From NCBI GenBank assembly GCA_947626435.1, contig CANQSB010000007.1, positions 14,243-78,242 of the forward strand: a DNA stretch of 64,000 nt, given 5' to 3'. Positions 1 through 10,544 of the stretch are shown here, piece by piece; the stretch's first letter is position 1; each line of letters starts with the position of its first letter. The position numbers were made by a program, and so were the translations under genes. This DNA is from an uncultured Lachnospiraceae bacterium (lineage in GTDB: Bacteria > Bacillota > Clostridia > Lachnospirales > Lachnospiraceae). Below the pieces are notes generated by a model. It was not told the origin of the DNA and did not search any database. It was given only the letters and a program-made list of their open reading frames with translations.

Positions 1-495
1 GGCATGAAAAACCCGACAAGCGGCGATTTCAGCGTTATGCTCAATTCTGTCTACGCGGCGCAGCACCCTCATCCGTTCATATACCGCGGCTGGGAGGTAA
101 ATACTACGGGCAATCCGCTTGCACACACTATACTTAGGGGCGCTGTCAATAAACATGGGAACAATATTCCAAACTACCACTATGAAGATTTAGTGCGCCT
201 GCTTGACCGGTACAACGAGCGCGACCTTATGAATCCCGCCTGCATAGTTGACGCAAACCACAGCAATTCAAACAAGCAGTTTAAGGAACAGATACGCATT
301 GTAACCGAAGTGCTTCACTCACGTAAACACAATCCCGACATCTTTAATCTTGTCAAGGGTGTAATGGTTGAGAGTTACCTTGAGGAAGGCTGCCAGAAAA
401 TCGGAGAACATATATATGGTAAGTCTATCACAGATGCATGCCTCGGATGGGAGGACACTGAAAAGCTGATTTACAAAATTGCCGATTTTTCATAA
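1..495 (+). CDS. 3-deoxy-7-phosphoheptulonate (DAHP) synthase, class I, C-terminal part (5' end outside window)
   Basis: The frame is open from base 1. The translation (IVDANHSNSNKQFKEQ ... GKSITDACLGWEDTEKL) matches the conserved C-terminal core of AroF/G/H-type enzymes. Confidence 0.85.
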   Translation, partial: GMKNPTSGDFSVMLNSVYAAQHPHPFIYRGWEVNTTGNPLAHTILRGAVNKHGNNIPNYHYEDLVRLLDRYNERDLMNPACIVDANHSNSNKQFKEQIRIVTEVLHSRKHNPDIFNLVKGVMVESYLEEGCQKIGEHIYGKSITDACLGWEDTEKLIYKIADFS

Positions 496-527
496 ATTCA
501 TACAAATTTTTTATGAATTTTTACCGT

Positions 528-580
528 AAAAAAGATTTTCCTTAACTATGTTTTAGTCTTGGAAAATCTTTTTTACTTTT
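528..580. terminator. Bidirectional intrinsic terminator candidate between convergent genes
   Basis: A perfect 10-bp stem (aagattttcc / ggaaaatctt) is extended by A/T pairs and flanked by an A-run and a T-run. Confidence 0.55.
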
Positions 581-629
581 ACTGCTGTTATCATTTGATG
601 CTTTTATTGTTTTAGCCTTTTCAAACACA

Positions 630-1322
630 TTATAAAGCGATTATTAACCGCTTCACTATTTCTGAGTTTATGTACACTTCTGACAATATTCCTGCCATAA
701 AAAGTATCAATACGATTATCACTTTTCTAACTTCAATTGCTCTTTTGCGCCAACCTTTTTTTTCCGATACGCAATTCCCGTCACAACAATTTTTACCGTC
801 TTTGATAAACCATTTTTGAAATAATATAAGCATAGCCAAAAAGTAAAAGATTCCATGCGGTATAAGCAACAGCAACGAGAAAAACAATCCTATAATACCA
901 TACTGATACATCGCGGCAAATACCATCATGCCCAGTTCAAATCCACACCAGCCTAAAATTCCATATGCTATCACTCCGCCGGCAAAGCTTGTCGCACATA
1001 AAAGCAATATAATGAGCTGCCCGGCCCTTATTCCAGCAATATATTCAAGCAATCCGGCTTTGTAATCAAAAATACTTTCAAGCTGCGAAAGCTTTTGCGC
1101 TGAAACAACCGCATCAAACGGATTTTCGTTTTTTGTAACGCTTCTGCATAGATAAAAAAATACCATACCAAGGCAAAATCCTGCCAAAAAGACAAACATT
1201 CTGCTATCAGGTACGGTATTGCTATAGCTTATCCGCTTATACATATCCTCATCATACACTTTATGCTCATCAGCTTCCACACTTACTGCTCTTTTTGATG
1301 TATCGTCATTAAACTTATTCAT
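630..1322 (-). CDS. spoIIM: Stage II sporulation protein M-like integral membrane protein
   Basis: 230 aa and multi-pass hydrophobic. It has an LLIPHGIFYF motif resembling the SpoIIM PHGI(F/I)E signature. The call rests on motif and size only. Confidence 0.5.
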   Translation of the reverse strand: MNKFNDDTSKRAVSVEADEHKVYDEDMYKRISYSNTVPDSRMFVFLAGFCLGMVFFYLCRSVTKNENPFDAVVSAQKLSQLESIFDYKAGLLEYIAGIRAGQLIILLLCATSFAGGVIAYGILGWCGFELGMMVFAAMYQYGIIGLFFSLLLLIPHGIFYFLAMLILFQKWFIKDGKNCCDGNCVSEKKGWRKRAIEVRKVIIVLILFMAGILSEVYINSEIVKRLIIAL

Positions 1323-1372
1323 GGAAAATTCCTGTTTAATTTGTCCTTGTTTAAAGCTTATGAGAAATATGT

Positions 1373-1912
1373 CTAGTTTATTCGATATTTATTTTTATAT
1401 GCCAAAATCGCTGCTATAGTTTTTGAGTCCTCTATTGTGCCATTATATATCATATCTTCAAGTTCCGTAAGAGTATATGGCTTCACATCTACAAACTCAT
1501 CGTCATCAAGATGTTGATGTGTCTTTTTTAGCTCGGTAGCCAAATATATGTCTATCTTTTCATTACAGAAAGCCACTGTCGTCCTTATTGTAATAAGTTT
1601 CTCTATCTTGCCACAGGTATAACCCGTTTCTTCTTCAAGCTCTCTCGCCGCTGCATCTATTGTGGGCTCGTTTAGTTCAAGACCGCCTGCCGGTATCTCA
1701 AGAGTGTACCTGTCCAAAGCATTTCGATATTGCCTGACCATAAGCAGCCTTCCATCATCTAGCACGCCTACTGCGGCTGCGGCTCCATTGTGTCCTACAA
1801 AGTCCCACACTGCCGTACTTCCATTAGGAAGCTGCACCGTATCTTTATAATATTTTGTAATAGCGCCCTCGCACTGGAGCTCTCTTTTTAGTCTTACTAC
1901 CTTTGTGTCCAT
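1373..1912 (-). CDS. NUDIX hydrolase (ADP-ribose pyrophosphatase-like)
   Basis: Nudix box GGLELNEPTIDAAARELEEETGY; 179 aa. Confidence 0.85.
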   Translation of the reverse strand: MDTKVVRLKRELQCEGAITKYYKDTVQLPNGSTAVWDFVGHNGAAAAVGVLDDGRLLMVRQYRNALDRYTLEIPAGGLELNEPTIDAAARELEEETGYTCGKIEKLITIRTTVAFCNEKIDIYLATELKKTHQHLDDDEFVDVKPYTLTELEDMIYNGTIEDSKTIAAILAYKNKYRIN

Positions 1913-2033
1913 TTTTACCTCCGATTTACTTATATTGTATAATATATCTTAATTTTTTATTGTATTCATTATTTTAAGAAAACCGCTAAAAACCGTTTTC
2001 TACGGTTTCTAGCGGTTTGCATTTTGTTAATAA

Positions 2034-3575
2034 TTATTTCGCATACTCAACTACACGAGATTCCCTAATGACATTGACCTTAATCTGTCCCGGATATTCA
2101 AGCTCTGCCTCAATCTGTTTCGAAATATCACGAGCCATCAATACCATATCAGAGTCATTAACCTGCTCTGGAACTACCATAACACGAATCTCTCTACCTG
2201 CCTGAATAGCAAAAGATTTATCGACACCTTTAAAATTGTTGGCTATTTCTTCTAATTGTTTTAATCTGGTTGTATAGGTCTCAAGAGTTTCACGCCTTGC
2301 ACCCGGCCTTGCAGCAGAAATAGTATCGGCTGCCTGCACAAGACATGCTATAAGCGACTGAGCCTCAACATCACCATGATGAGACTCTACAGCATTAATA
2401 ACGATTGCTGATTCCTTGTATTTCTTACATAACTCAGCACCAAGCTGTATGTGAGAGCCCTCCATTTCGTGGTCAACTGCTTTACCAATGTCATGAAGAA
2501 GTCCTGCTCGCTTTGCCATCCTCACATCAAGTCCTAATTCAGAAGCTAACAAACCTGTAAGATGAGCTACTTCTATAGAATGCTTTAAAGCGTTCTGTCC
2601 ATAGCTTGTTCTGAATTTCATCTTACCAAGAAGCTTTACAAGCTCAGGATGAATACCATGTACGCCTACCTCAAGTGTCGCAGCCTCACCCTCCTCTTTA
2701 ATCATCACTTCAACTTCTCTCTGAGCCTTCTCAACCATTTCCTCAATTCTTGCCGGATGAATACGTCCGTCTACAATCAGCTTTTCGAGGGCAATCCTTG
2801 CGACCTCTCTCCTAATGGGATCAAAACCTGAAAGGATAACCGCCTCCGGCGTATCGTCAATAATAAGCTCTACACCTGTAAGCGTCTCAAGGGTGCGGAT
2901 ATTTCTTCCTTCCCTTCCTATAATTCTTCCTTTCATCTCATCATTAGGAAGCTGAACAACTGAAATAGTTGTTTCAGATACATGGTCCGCAGCGCATCTT
3001 TGGATAGCTGTGACGATATATTCTTTCGCCTTTTTGTCAGCTTCCTCCTTTGCCCTGGCTTCCATTTCCTTAATCATTACTGCAGTTTCATGTTTTACTT
3101 CGTCTTCAACAATTTTTAATAAATGCTCTTTTGCCTGTTCAGAGGTTAATCCTGAAATTCGTTCAAGTTCCTGCACTCGTTCTTCGTTGAGCCTTGCTAC
3201 AAGCTCTCTTTGCTTTGCAAGTTCTTCTTCATGTGCGATTAGGCTGGCTTCTTTTTTCTCGATAGCATCCGCCTTCTTATCAATGCTCTCCTCTTTCTGC
3301 TGGATTCTGCGCTCATAACGCTGAGCCTCCGCCCTGCGTTCTTTGATTTCTTTATCAAGCTCGTTTTTAGTCTTGATAGATTCCTCCTTGATTTCAAGAA
3401 GTCCTTCACGCTTTTTTGTCTCCGCAGTCTTGAGTGCTTCATCAATAATTTCTCTTGCTTTATTTTCCGCGTTCCCTATTGTAGCCTCGACATTTTTCTT
3501 GTAATTTGAAAACGCAACAAAGCCGATTACCGCGCATATAGCAATAATAATTATTGCCTCTATTAGATAGAACAT
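2034..3575 (-). CDS. rny: Ribonuclease Y
   Basis: N-terminal TM helix, coiled-coil, KH domain (GREGRNIR) and HD domain (LLHDIGK). I chose the ATG at 3575 because it follows GGAGGTG; the track start at 3587 is a GTG inside that RBS. Confidence 0.95.
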   Translation of the reverse strand: MFYLIEAIIIIAICAVIGFVAFSNYKKNVEATIGNAENKAREIIDEALKTAETKKREGLLEIKEESIKTKNELDKEIKERRAEAQRYERRIQQKEESIDKKADAIEKKEASLIAHEEELAKQRELVARLNEERVQELERISGLTSEQAKEHLLKIVEDEVKHETAVMIKEMEARAKEEADKKAKEYIVTAIQRCAADHVSETTISVVQLPNDEMKGRIIGREGRNIRTLETLTGVELIIDDTPEAVILSGFDPIRREVARIALEKLIVDGRIHPARIEEMVEKAQREVEVMIKEEGEAATLEVGVHGIHPELVKLLGKMKFRTSYGQNALKHSIEVAHLTGLLASELGLDVRMAKRAGLLHDIGKAVDHEMEGSHIQLGAELCKKYKESAIVINAVESHHGDVEAQSLIACLVQAADTISAARPGARRETLETYTTRLKQLEEIANNFKGVDKSFAIQAGREIRVMVVPEQVNDSDMVLMARDISKQIEAELEYPGQIKVNVIRESRVVEYAK

Positions 3576-3769
3576 ACGCAGGAGCACCTCCTTATTAAAT
3601 TTTCATTGTACAATCTCGGTCGAAATTAATCTCCCGACTGCATATTATTCAAATGCGCATTGCGCGCAAGAACTAGATGCTGATACTACAACACTACAAT
3701 TTTAACCTTTATAATGCATTATGTCAAGACCCATAATAGAATATAATTTATAATCATTGCCTAAATGGC

Positions 3770-4384
3770 TCAATCATCCTGTCCTACAACTTTGTAAATT
3801 TTGTCCAGCGGAAATCCCTTTCTGTATAGGAAAGCTACTATTTTCTGCTTTTCCTGAAGCGTACTCTCGGCGCTGTCATAATGTTTTTTCTGCAACAATT
3901 TTCTTATAAGTTCTTCCTCATCTGAAATGTTATTTTCTTCAATGCACTCCTCAAAGGCTTTATCTATATTTTCTTTTGACACGCCCTTAATTAAAAGCTC
4001 ATTTATTATCTGTTTTCTGCTCTTAGTCGCCCCTGCATATGAAATATACGATTTGGAGTATCTGAAATCTTCTATGTATCCATATTTTTTTACATAGGCA
4101 ATCGCATTGTCTATAGCTTCGGCGGGATATTCATTTTGCCTTAGCTTATTTGTCAACTGCTGTTCTGTATAATCTCTGCTTTTCAACAGATTCATGGCAC
4201 GCAGCACTGCTCTTTTGGCAAGCACTTCGTTGACAAGCGTTTCGTATAGTCGCTCCGACAATTCTTCTCCTTGTTTTATGCCATATTTATTCAATTCACT
4301 TTTATAAAGCGCAAAGGCAGGCTGATAGTCTATATACAGCCTTGCCTTTGTTCTTGACAGCTCTGTAATATCCGTTACTAACAT
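3770..4384 (-). CDS. recX: Recombination regulator RecX
   Basis: 204 aa helical-repeat protein immediately downstream of recA, with a typical RecX C-terminus (FLYRKGFPLDKI). Confidence 0.85.
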   Translation of the reverse strand: MLVTDITELSRTKARLYIDYQPAFALYKSELNKYGIKQGEELSERLYETLVNEVLAKRAVLRAMNLLKSRDYTEQQLTNKLRQNEYPAEAIDNAIAYVKKYGYIEDFRYSKSYISYAGATKSRKQIINELLIKGVSKENIDKAFEECIEENNISDEEELIRKLLQKKHYDSAESTLQEKQKIVAFLYRKGFPLDKIYKVVGQDD

Positions 4385-4416
4385 ATATATCCCTGTTTTT
4401 CGATGTTATTCGCTTG

Positions 4417-5505
4417 TCATTCCTCGGACTGTTCGCTCTCTGCTTCCTTTACCTTTCCCTTTTTTGAAGCCTTTTCCTCTTCAGGCTCTGCCGCTTGCGG
4501 CTGGTCTGCACCTTGTAAGCCAAAGTGTGCTCTCACTTTGTTTTCAATTTCCTTGCAGACGTCCGGATTGTCCTTGAGATACTGCTTGGCATTTTCCCTG
4601 CCCTGTCCGATTTTATTGCCTTCATAGGCGTACCATGCGCCGCTTTTTACGACAATATTTACGCTTGCAGCAAGGTCAAGTATATCGCCTGTCATTGATA
4701 TGCCCTCGCCAAACATAATATCGAATTCCGCTTCCTTAAATGGCGGTGCAATTTTATTTTTTACCACCTTTACTCGTGTCCTGTTGCCCGTCACTTCACC
4801 GCTTTGTTTCAATGACTCTATCCTTCTGACATCAAGCCTCACTGACGAATAAAATTTGAGCGCACGACCGCCTGTGGTAGTCTCAGGATTACCAAACATA
4901 ACGCCAACCTTCTCACGCAACTGGTTTATAAATATGACTGTACAGTTTGACTTGCTTATAACAGCCGTAAGCTTACGCAATGCCTGAGACATAAGACGCG
5001 CCTGTAATCCCACATGAGAATCGCCCATGTCGCCATCTATCTCTGCTTTTGGCACAAGTGCCGCTACAGAGTCAACAACTATTATGTCAATAGCTCCTGA
5101 CCTTACCATGGTCTCGGTAATCTCAAGCGCCTGCTCGCCGTTGTCAGGCTGAGATATGTAGAGGTTATCCACGTCAACGCCAATATTTCTAGCATATACG
5201 GGATCTAATGCATGCTCTGCATCAATAAAGCCTGCTATGCCGCCTCTTTTCTGTACTTCCGCAATCATATGAAGCGTGACCGTCGTCTTACCTGATGACT
5301 CCGGACCGTATATCTCTACAATCCTGCCCTTGGGTATGCCGCCAAGCCCAAGCGCAATATCAAGGCTCAACGAGCCCGTAGGGATAGTCTCTACATTCAT
5401 CTGGGCGCTCGGATCGCCAAGCTTCATGACTGCTCCCTTGCCATATTGTCTCTCTATCTGACTAAGTGCGGCATCAAGCGCCTTTAATTTTTCTTCTCTT
5501 TCCAT
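4417..5505 (-). CDS. recA: Recombinase RecA
   Basis: Walker [10 protein letters not shown] and canonical RecA sequence throughout. Confidence 0.98.
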   Translation of the reverse strand: MEREEKLKALDAALSQIERQYGKGAVMKLGDPSAQMNVETIPTGSLSLDIALGLGGIPKGRIVEIYGPESSGKTTVTLHMIAEVQKRGGIAGFIDAEHALDPVYARNIGVDVDNLYISQPDNGEQALEITETMVRSGAIDIIVVDSVAALVPKAEIDGDMGDSHVGLQARLMSQALRKLTAVISKSNCTVIFINQLREKVGVMFGNPETTTGGRALKFYSSVRLDVRRIESLKQSGEVTGNRTRVKVVKNKIAPPFKEAEFDIMFGEGISMTGDILDLAASVNIVVKSGAWYAYEGNKIGQGRENAKQYLKDNPDVCKEIENKVRAHFGLQGADQPQAAEPEEEKASKKGKVKEAESEQSEE

Positions 5506-5525
5506 TTAATTAATCCTCCATTTTT

Positions 5526-5577
5526 AGAACAAGTGTTTATCTTTTAATACTATAAAACATTTGTTCGTTCTTGTCAA
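5526..5577 (-). promoter_or_regulatory. recA promoter with two LexA (Cheo-type) boxes
   Basis: Minus strand reads TTGACA (5572-5577), 17 nt, TATAGT (5549-5554). CGAACAAATGTTT (5555-5567) fills the spacer. AAACACTTGTTCT (5526-5538) lies downstream. Each box has one mismatch to GAAC-N4-GTTC. Confidence 0.6.
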
Positions 5578-5759
5578 TATTATTTTTTAAAATTTTAACA
5601 GCTTTTAAATACAGTGTGGAAATATCGGGGACAATCCCAAGAAAACATATGGTCCAATTAGGTATTACGGCTTACTGTATTAGGCTAACACATATTTGAC
5701 ATAAAAACAAGGATTAATTTTTACATTTCATTTTCACTTCCGAGAATTAAGGAATATCG

Positions 5760-6944
5760 CTATATGACTTTTCTGATTCTTTCCAATGCTTCCGACAGCA
5801 CACTTCTGGGGCAGGCAACATTAATCCTTTGGAATCCCCTGCCGCTCTCGCCAAAGATCTTTCCGCTGTCCAGCCACAGCTTTGCCTGATACACGATCTG
5901 CTCATCCAGCTCCTCTGCGGAAAGCCCGGTTTCCCTAAAATCAAGCCACACAAGGTACGTTCCTTCATGTTCTGTCATGCGCACGCCGGGAAGCTTTTCC
6001 TCCACATATTTTTTGGTAAATACGATATTATCCGCCACATAGGAATGCATTGCCTGATACCACTCTTCCCCCTTACTGTATGCGGCTTCGCATGCGACAA
6101 GTCCCATCACGCCAAGCTGGCTTATGCCTGCCGCATCCAATTCTTTACGGAACTTATGCCGCAGCTTTGGGTTAGGAATAAAAATGTTGGACAGCAGCAT
6201 GCCGGCAAGGTTAAACGTCTTGCTTGGCGATGTGCATACAATACTGATGTCCTCATATTCTTTTTTCAAATTTGCAAAGACAATATGCTCTCCATGAAAT
6301 ACAAAGTCATGATGAATCTCGTCGCTGACGACGAGCACATGATGCTTCACGCAGATATCTCCAAGCCTTGTCAGCTCATCCCTCGTCCACACCCTTCCCA
6401 CTGGATTATGCGGGCTGCACAGGAAAAACAGTTTAATCTTTTCCTCGATAATCTTTTTTTCAAAATCGTCAAAGTCAATATGATAACGGTTATCCTCTCC
6501 AAGAACTAATGTATTGCTCACCACTTTTCTTCCATTATCTTCTATCACTTCCGAAAACGGGTAATAGACTGGCATCTGGATCAGCACGCCGTCCCCTCGG
6601 TCTGTATACGCCTTGACCGCCATGGCAAGCGCAAATACGACTCCCGGCGTCTTTACCAGCCATCTTTCCTGCACGTCCCAGTCATGATGTTTTTTCATCC
6701 ATGCGCTCACGATATCAAAATACGGCTTCTGCACCTCGCTGTACCCAAAGATCCCATGCCTTGAATGTTCCACAAGCGCATCTTCGATATAAGAAGAAGT
6801 CTTAAAATCCATGTCCGCCACCCAAAGCGGCAGCACATCCTCCGGCTTCCCGCGCCTTTTCGCAAAATCATATTTCAGGCTTTTCGTGCCTTCCCTGTCT
6901 GTCACACTGTCAAAATCAAGATTTCTTTCAGCCATGCAGTTCAC
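5760..6944 (-). CDS. patB: PatB/MalY-type PLP-dependent C-S lyase (cystathionine beta-lyase family, aminotransferase class I/II)
   Basis: 394 aa with the PLP-lysine motif SPSKTFNLAG. Its start overlaps the stop of the upstream gene. Confidence 0.85.
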   Translation of the reverse strand: MNCMAERNLDFDSVTDREGTKSLKYDFAKRRGKPEDVLPLWVADMDFKTSSYIEDALVEHSRHGIFGYSEVQKPYFDIVSAWMKKHHDWDVQERWLVKTPGVVFALAMAVKAYTDRGDGVLIQMPVYYPFSEVIEDNGRKVVSNTLVLGEDNRYHIDFDDFEKKIIEEKIKLFFLCSPHNPVGRVWTRDELTRLGDICVKHHVLVVSDEIHHDFVFHGEHIVFANLKKEYEDISIVCTSPSKTFNLAGMLLSNIFIPNPKLRHKFRKELDAAGISQLGVMGLVACEAAYSKGEEWYQAMHSYVADNIVFTKKYVEEKLPGVRMTEHEGTYLVWLDFRETGLSAEELDEQIVYQAKLWLDSGKIFGESGRGFQRINVACPRSVLSEALERIRKVI

Positions 6945-8094
6945 CTTCTGTCTCTCGGAATACGTTGTCCAGTTCTTCCAGCAGATCCTTTACATCCTCA
7001 ATTCCGACCGAAAGCCTGAGCGTGCTTTCCGTGATGCCGTTTCTTTCCCGAACCTCTTTCGGCACGTCCGCATGTGTCTGTGTCGTCGGGTATGTAATCA
7101 GCGTTTCTACGCCTCCAAGACTTTCCGCAAACTTGATCATGCGGACTTTCTCCAAAACCGCCAGGGCAAATTCTTTACTTTCAAGCTGGAAAGTAATCAT
7201 CGCGCCAAATCCTCTTGCCTGCTTTTTCATCGTCTCATATCCTGGATGTGCGGGAAGTCCTGGATAAATCACTTTGGTCACCGCTTTCTGCTCCTTCAGC
7301 CAGTCCGCCAGAACAATCGCATTCTGCTGCGACTTTTCCATGCGGATGCCAAGCGTCTTTATCCCCCGCAAAATGAGCCAGCTGTCAAACGGCGCAAGTC
7401 CCGCTCCTGTTGTCTTGATTAAAAACCGAAACTTCTCGCTGATGTCTTCTCTGTTTGTAATCAAAAAGCCTGCCAGCGTGTCATTATGACCGCCCAGATA
7501 CTTCGTCCCGCTATGTACCACAATATCTGCTCCCAGATCTAACGGGTTCTGGAAATATGGAGTAAGGAATGTATTGTCCACAATCAGCAGCAGATGATGC
7601 TTCTTTGCGATATCTGAAAGTTTTTCTATATCCGTCACATTCATCATGGGATTAGTAGGCGTTTCCACATAAATCGCCTTTGTGTTCTCGCGGACATAAC
7701 TCTCCACATCTTCCCTAGAGCAGTCAATGTGGGAAAACGTAAGCCCGTTTTTTTCCGATACATTGTTAAAAAGCCGTATGCTTCCTCCGTAAAGGTCTGC
7801 GTCCACAATCAGATGATCCCCTGGCGCAAACAATTCCATTAACATGGTAATCGCTGCCATCCCCGTAGACAAAGCCAGCGCATCTATTCCGTTTTCCAGT
7901 GTTGCCACTATCTTTTCCAAATGCTCCCTTGTAGGGTTCTGCAGCCTGCTGTAATCATATCCTGTGCTTTTGCCCACACTGGGATGGGCATAAGTGGCGG
8001 TCTGATAGATTGGATAGCTTATTGCTCCGTAATTGCCGCCGCATCCTTCCTCTTCTTCCAGATGCAGACATTTTGTCTCAATTCCTCTTGCCAT
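6928..8094 (-). CDS. Trans-sulfuration PLP enzyme (cystathionine gamma-lyase / gamma-synthase / O-acetylhomoserine sulfhydrylase family)
   Basis: 388 aa with HSGTKYLGGHNDTLAG (PLP lysine) and a Cys/Met-metabolism PLP fold pattern. Confidence 0.85.
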   Translation of the reverse strand: MARGIETKCLHLEEEEGCGGNYGAISYPIYQTATYAHPSVGKSTGYDYSRLQNPTREHLEKIVATLENGIDALALSTGMAAITMLMELFAPGDHLIVDADLYGGSIRLFNNVSEKNGLTFSHIDCSREDVESYVRENTKAIYVETPTNPMMNVTDIEKLSDIAKKHHLLLIVDNTFLTPYFQNPLDLGADIVVHSGTKYLGGHNDTLAGFLITNREDISEKFRFLIKTTGAGLAPFDSWLILRGIKTLGIRMEKSQQNAIVLADWLKEQKAVTKVIYPGLPAHPGYETMKKQARGFGAMITFQLESKEFALAVLEKVRMIKFAESLGGVETLITYPTTQTHADVPKEVRERNGITESTLRLSVGIEDVKDLLEELDNVFRETEGELHG

Positions 8095-8112
8095 TTTTAT
8101 TTCTCCCTCCGT

Positions 8113-9024
8113 TTATCCTAAGGATTTATCCTTATATTTTGCTATTTCCTCCAGATATTTCTGTCCGATTACGCTGACAGGCGCATCTTTCCTTGATATG
8201 TACCCAATCGTCATCCGTTCGTCGGATTTCAGTTTTACGGCGCAATAATCATCTCCGTTCAAATCTTCACATATGATGCCGGAGCACAGCGTAAATCCGT
8301 TCAATCCAACCATAAGATTCAGCAAAGTGGCCCTGTCATTGGCTCGGATTAGTCTTTTGTACGGATAGGCGCTCAATACCTCTTCCGCAAAATAGAAGGA
8401 ATTATGTTCTCCCTGCGCAAATGCAAGGCATGGGTACTCTTCCAGCTCCTCCAATGCAATCTCTTCCCGCCCCGCCAGAGGATGTCCTTTCCACAGATAG
8501 ACATATATGCCACATTCCAGCAATGGCTGAAACTGCAGTCCATACTCCGCAAACAGCTTATTCAGGACATTCCTGTTAAAATCATTCAGATATAAGATGC
8601 CAATCTCGCTTTTGCGGTTTTTCACGTCTTCAATCACTTCATATGTTTTCGTTTCATGCACCTCAAATTCATACTCGTCCATTCCATACTGCCTTACCAG
8701 CTCCACAAACGCATTAACCGCAAACGTATAATGCTGCATGGATACGCTGAAGCTTTTTTTCACGCCTGTCTGCGAAATATATTTTGCCTCCAGCAGATCA
8801 TACTGTTCCATGACGGATTTTGCATACCCGATAAATTCCATGCCTTTTGTCGTCACAGTAATCCCGTTTTTTGAGCGTGTAAATATTTCAAACCCCAATT
8901 CCTTTTCCAATGAACGGATTGCCGAGGAAAGACTGGGCTGGGATATGAAAAGCTCCTTTGCCGCATCATTCAATGAATTTTGCCCCGCCACAGTGATTGC
9001 GTATTTCAACTGAATCAGTGTCAT
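8113..9024 (-). CDS. LysR-family transcriptional regulator
   Basis: N-terminal wHTH LNDAAKELFISQPSLSSAIRSLEKELG; 303 aa. It lies 18 nt upstream of the lyase genes on the same strand. Confidence 0.9.
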   Translation of the reverse strand: MTLIQLKYAITVAGQNSLNDAAKELFISQPSLSSAIRSLEKELGFEIFTRSKNGITVTTKGMEFIGYAKSVMEQYDLLEAKYISQTGVKKSFSVSMQHYTFAVNAFVELVRQYGMDEYEFEVHETKTYEVIEDVKNRKSEIGILYLNDFNRNVLNKLFAEYGLQFQPLLECGIYVYLWKGHPLAGREEIALEELEEYPCLAFAQGEHNSFYFAEEVLSAYPYKRLIRANDRATLLNLMVGLNGFTLCSGIICEDLNGDDYCAVKLKSDERMTIGYISRKDAPVSVIGQKYLEEIAKYKDKSLG

Positions 9025-9150
9025 TTTTGTTCTCCTGTTAACCTATTATTCCTATCAGTAAAGTATGTTAATTTATTTTATATACTATACCACCAAAAAC
9101 AGCTTTTGCATAGTTCTTTTTTTCTTTAGATGGTTATAGGTTTTTACAAT

Positions 9151-9180
9151 ATAAAAAAGCAGCCTAATAGCTGCTTTTGT
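9151..9180 (-). terminator. Intrinsic terminator after the nitrogenase-like pair
   Basis: Stem aaaagcagc / gctgctttt with a 6-nt loop and a U-run on the minus strand. Confidence 0.65.
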
Positions 9181-9254
9181 TCATTTTAGGTGAAAATTTG
9201 TAGGATAAGGATCATCAATATTTTCTGTTTCAGCCAGAGCAATCTCCAAAACGA

Positions 9255-10544
9255 TTATAGATTATCATACAAATCTTCTGTAAATGTCAGACCGCCTCTG
9301 TAGCCTGCATAGGTACGGTTAAAAACAAGCCGCTCGTTCATTGGGAATGATGCCAATATAAACTGAATATCCATTTCTAAGGCTGCTTCCCGTTCATTGC
9401 TGCTGCCGATCAGTAAAGTTATCTCTTTTTCTTCATTGAAAAGAACTTGGTTGATCTCATATTGATCTGCGGTAAACACTATCCTTGGCGGCACTGCATA
9501 CTCCAAATCGTTGATCTGGGCAATAATTCTATCCTTATCCTCCTGCCGGAACATCGGTTCCGATATGATCACAAGCACGGGAGTAAAACTGAAATCATTT
9601 GCCAAATACCTTGTGATTCCCACTGCGCTGCTTGCGTCCGCAACTACCGCAAAACGTTTCCAGCTCACCACTCCTATGGATTGCGCCAGATAGTGATAGA
9701 CATAATCCTCTTCTGCAGCAATTACCTTTTCAACCAGCTCATCATCTAAACTAAGAGCCCTTGCGACCTCTCTGACAAACTTTGTCGTATCGGTTGCCCC
9801 TACAAATAATCCCGGAATCCTTATGCTTGGAACACCGAACTTTTCTTCAAATTTTTTTGCCGGTCCATTCCACAGCCATGGATTCACAATAATATTCAAA
9901 GCTGCGCCTGAGCATTTTTTTATATCATCGATTCCCTGATGTTTTGTAAAAAAGGTGTTGACTTTCAGTCCAAGCAAAGACAATATACGGTCAATCTCTT
10001 CCAATGTACCACTCCAAAAAGGATCGTGGTAAGGAACGATCCCAAAAATATTTACGAGTTTCTCATCTTTTTGAACATCTTTTTCGATTACCTGATCGAT
10101 CATGGCATTCCAGACTATTTCATAACCCAGATTACTGTCTCCCGCAAATCCCGGCGTATCAATCGGATAAACTTTATGCCCCTTATCCTGAAACTCCTGT
10201 GTAACGCTGGTGATATCATCGCCAATGATGCCCGCGGTACATCCCGTCAGCACAAAAAAAGCATCCGCATCCATAATATCAATGGCTCCCTGAATGGTAG
10301 TCCTTAACTTGTCTGTCCCGCCAAATACTACTTCCTTTTCCAGCATATTGCTTGAAGAAAGCGATACACTGCTGACAAAGCAGGATGATTTATGTCCTGA
10401 CTGTCCCTGTTCCGCTGCCGAGGTCTGCATACAGCAGCCCGGTCCCGCACGAAAGATGGGACATACTTTATCCAAAGCTCCTAAAACAGAATTGATTCCT
10501 GCCAGAACGCAGCCGCCCCTTGGATTTTCCAATATCTGTGACAT
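9255..10544 (-). CDS. Nitrogenase component-1-type oxidoreductase, NifK/NifN-like subunit
   Basis: 429 aa with motifs PRGGCVLAG, RAGPGCC, VVFGGTDKL and LTGCTAGIIGDD. Its ATG abuts the TAA of the upstream subunit. Confidence 0.8.
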   Translation of the reverse strand: MSQILENPRGGCVLAGINSVLGALDKVCPIFRAGPGCCMQTSAAEQGQSGHKSSCFVSSVSLSSSNMLEKEVVFGGTDKLRTTIQGAIDIMDADAFFVLTGCTAGIIGDDITSVTQEFQDKGHKVYPIDTPGFAGDSNLGYEIVWNAMIDQVIEKDVQKDEKLVNIFGIVPYHDPFWSGTLEEIDRILSLLGLKVNTFFTKHQGIDDIKKCSGAALNIIVNPWLWNGPAKKFEEKFGVPSIRIPGLFVGATDTTKFVREVARALSLDDELVEKVIAAEEDYVYHYLAQSIGVVSWKRFAVVADASSAVGITRYLANDFSFTPVLVIISEPMFRQEDKDRIIAQINDLEYAVPPRIVFTADQYEINQVLFNEEKEITLLIGSSNEREAALEMDIQFILASFPMNERLVFNRTYAGYRGGLTFTEDLYDNL

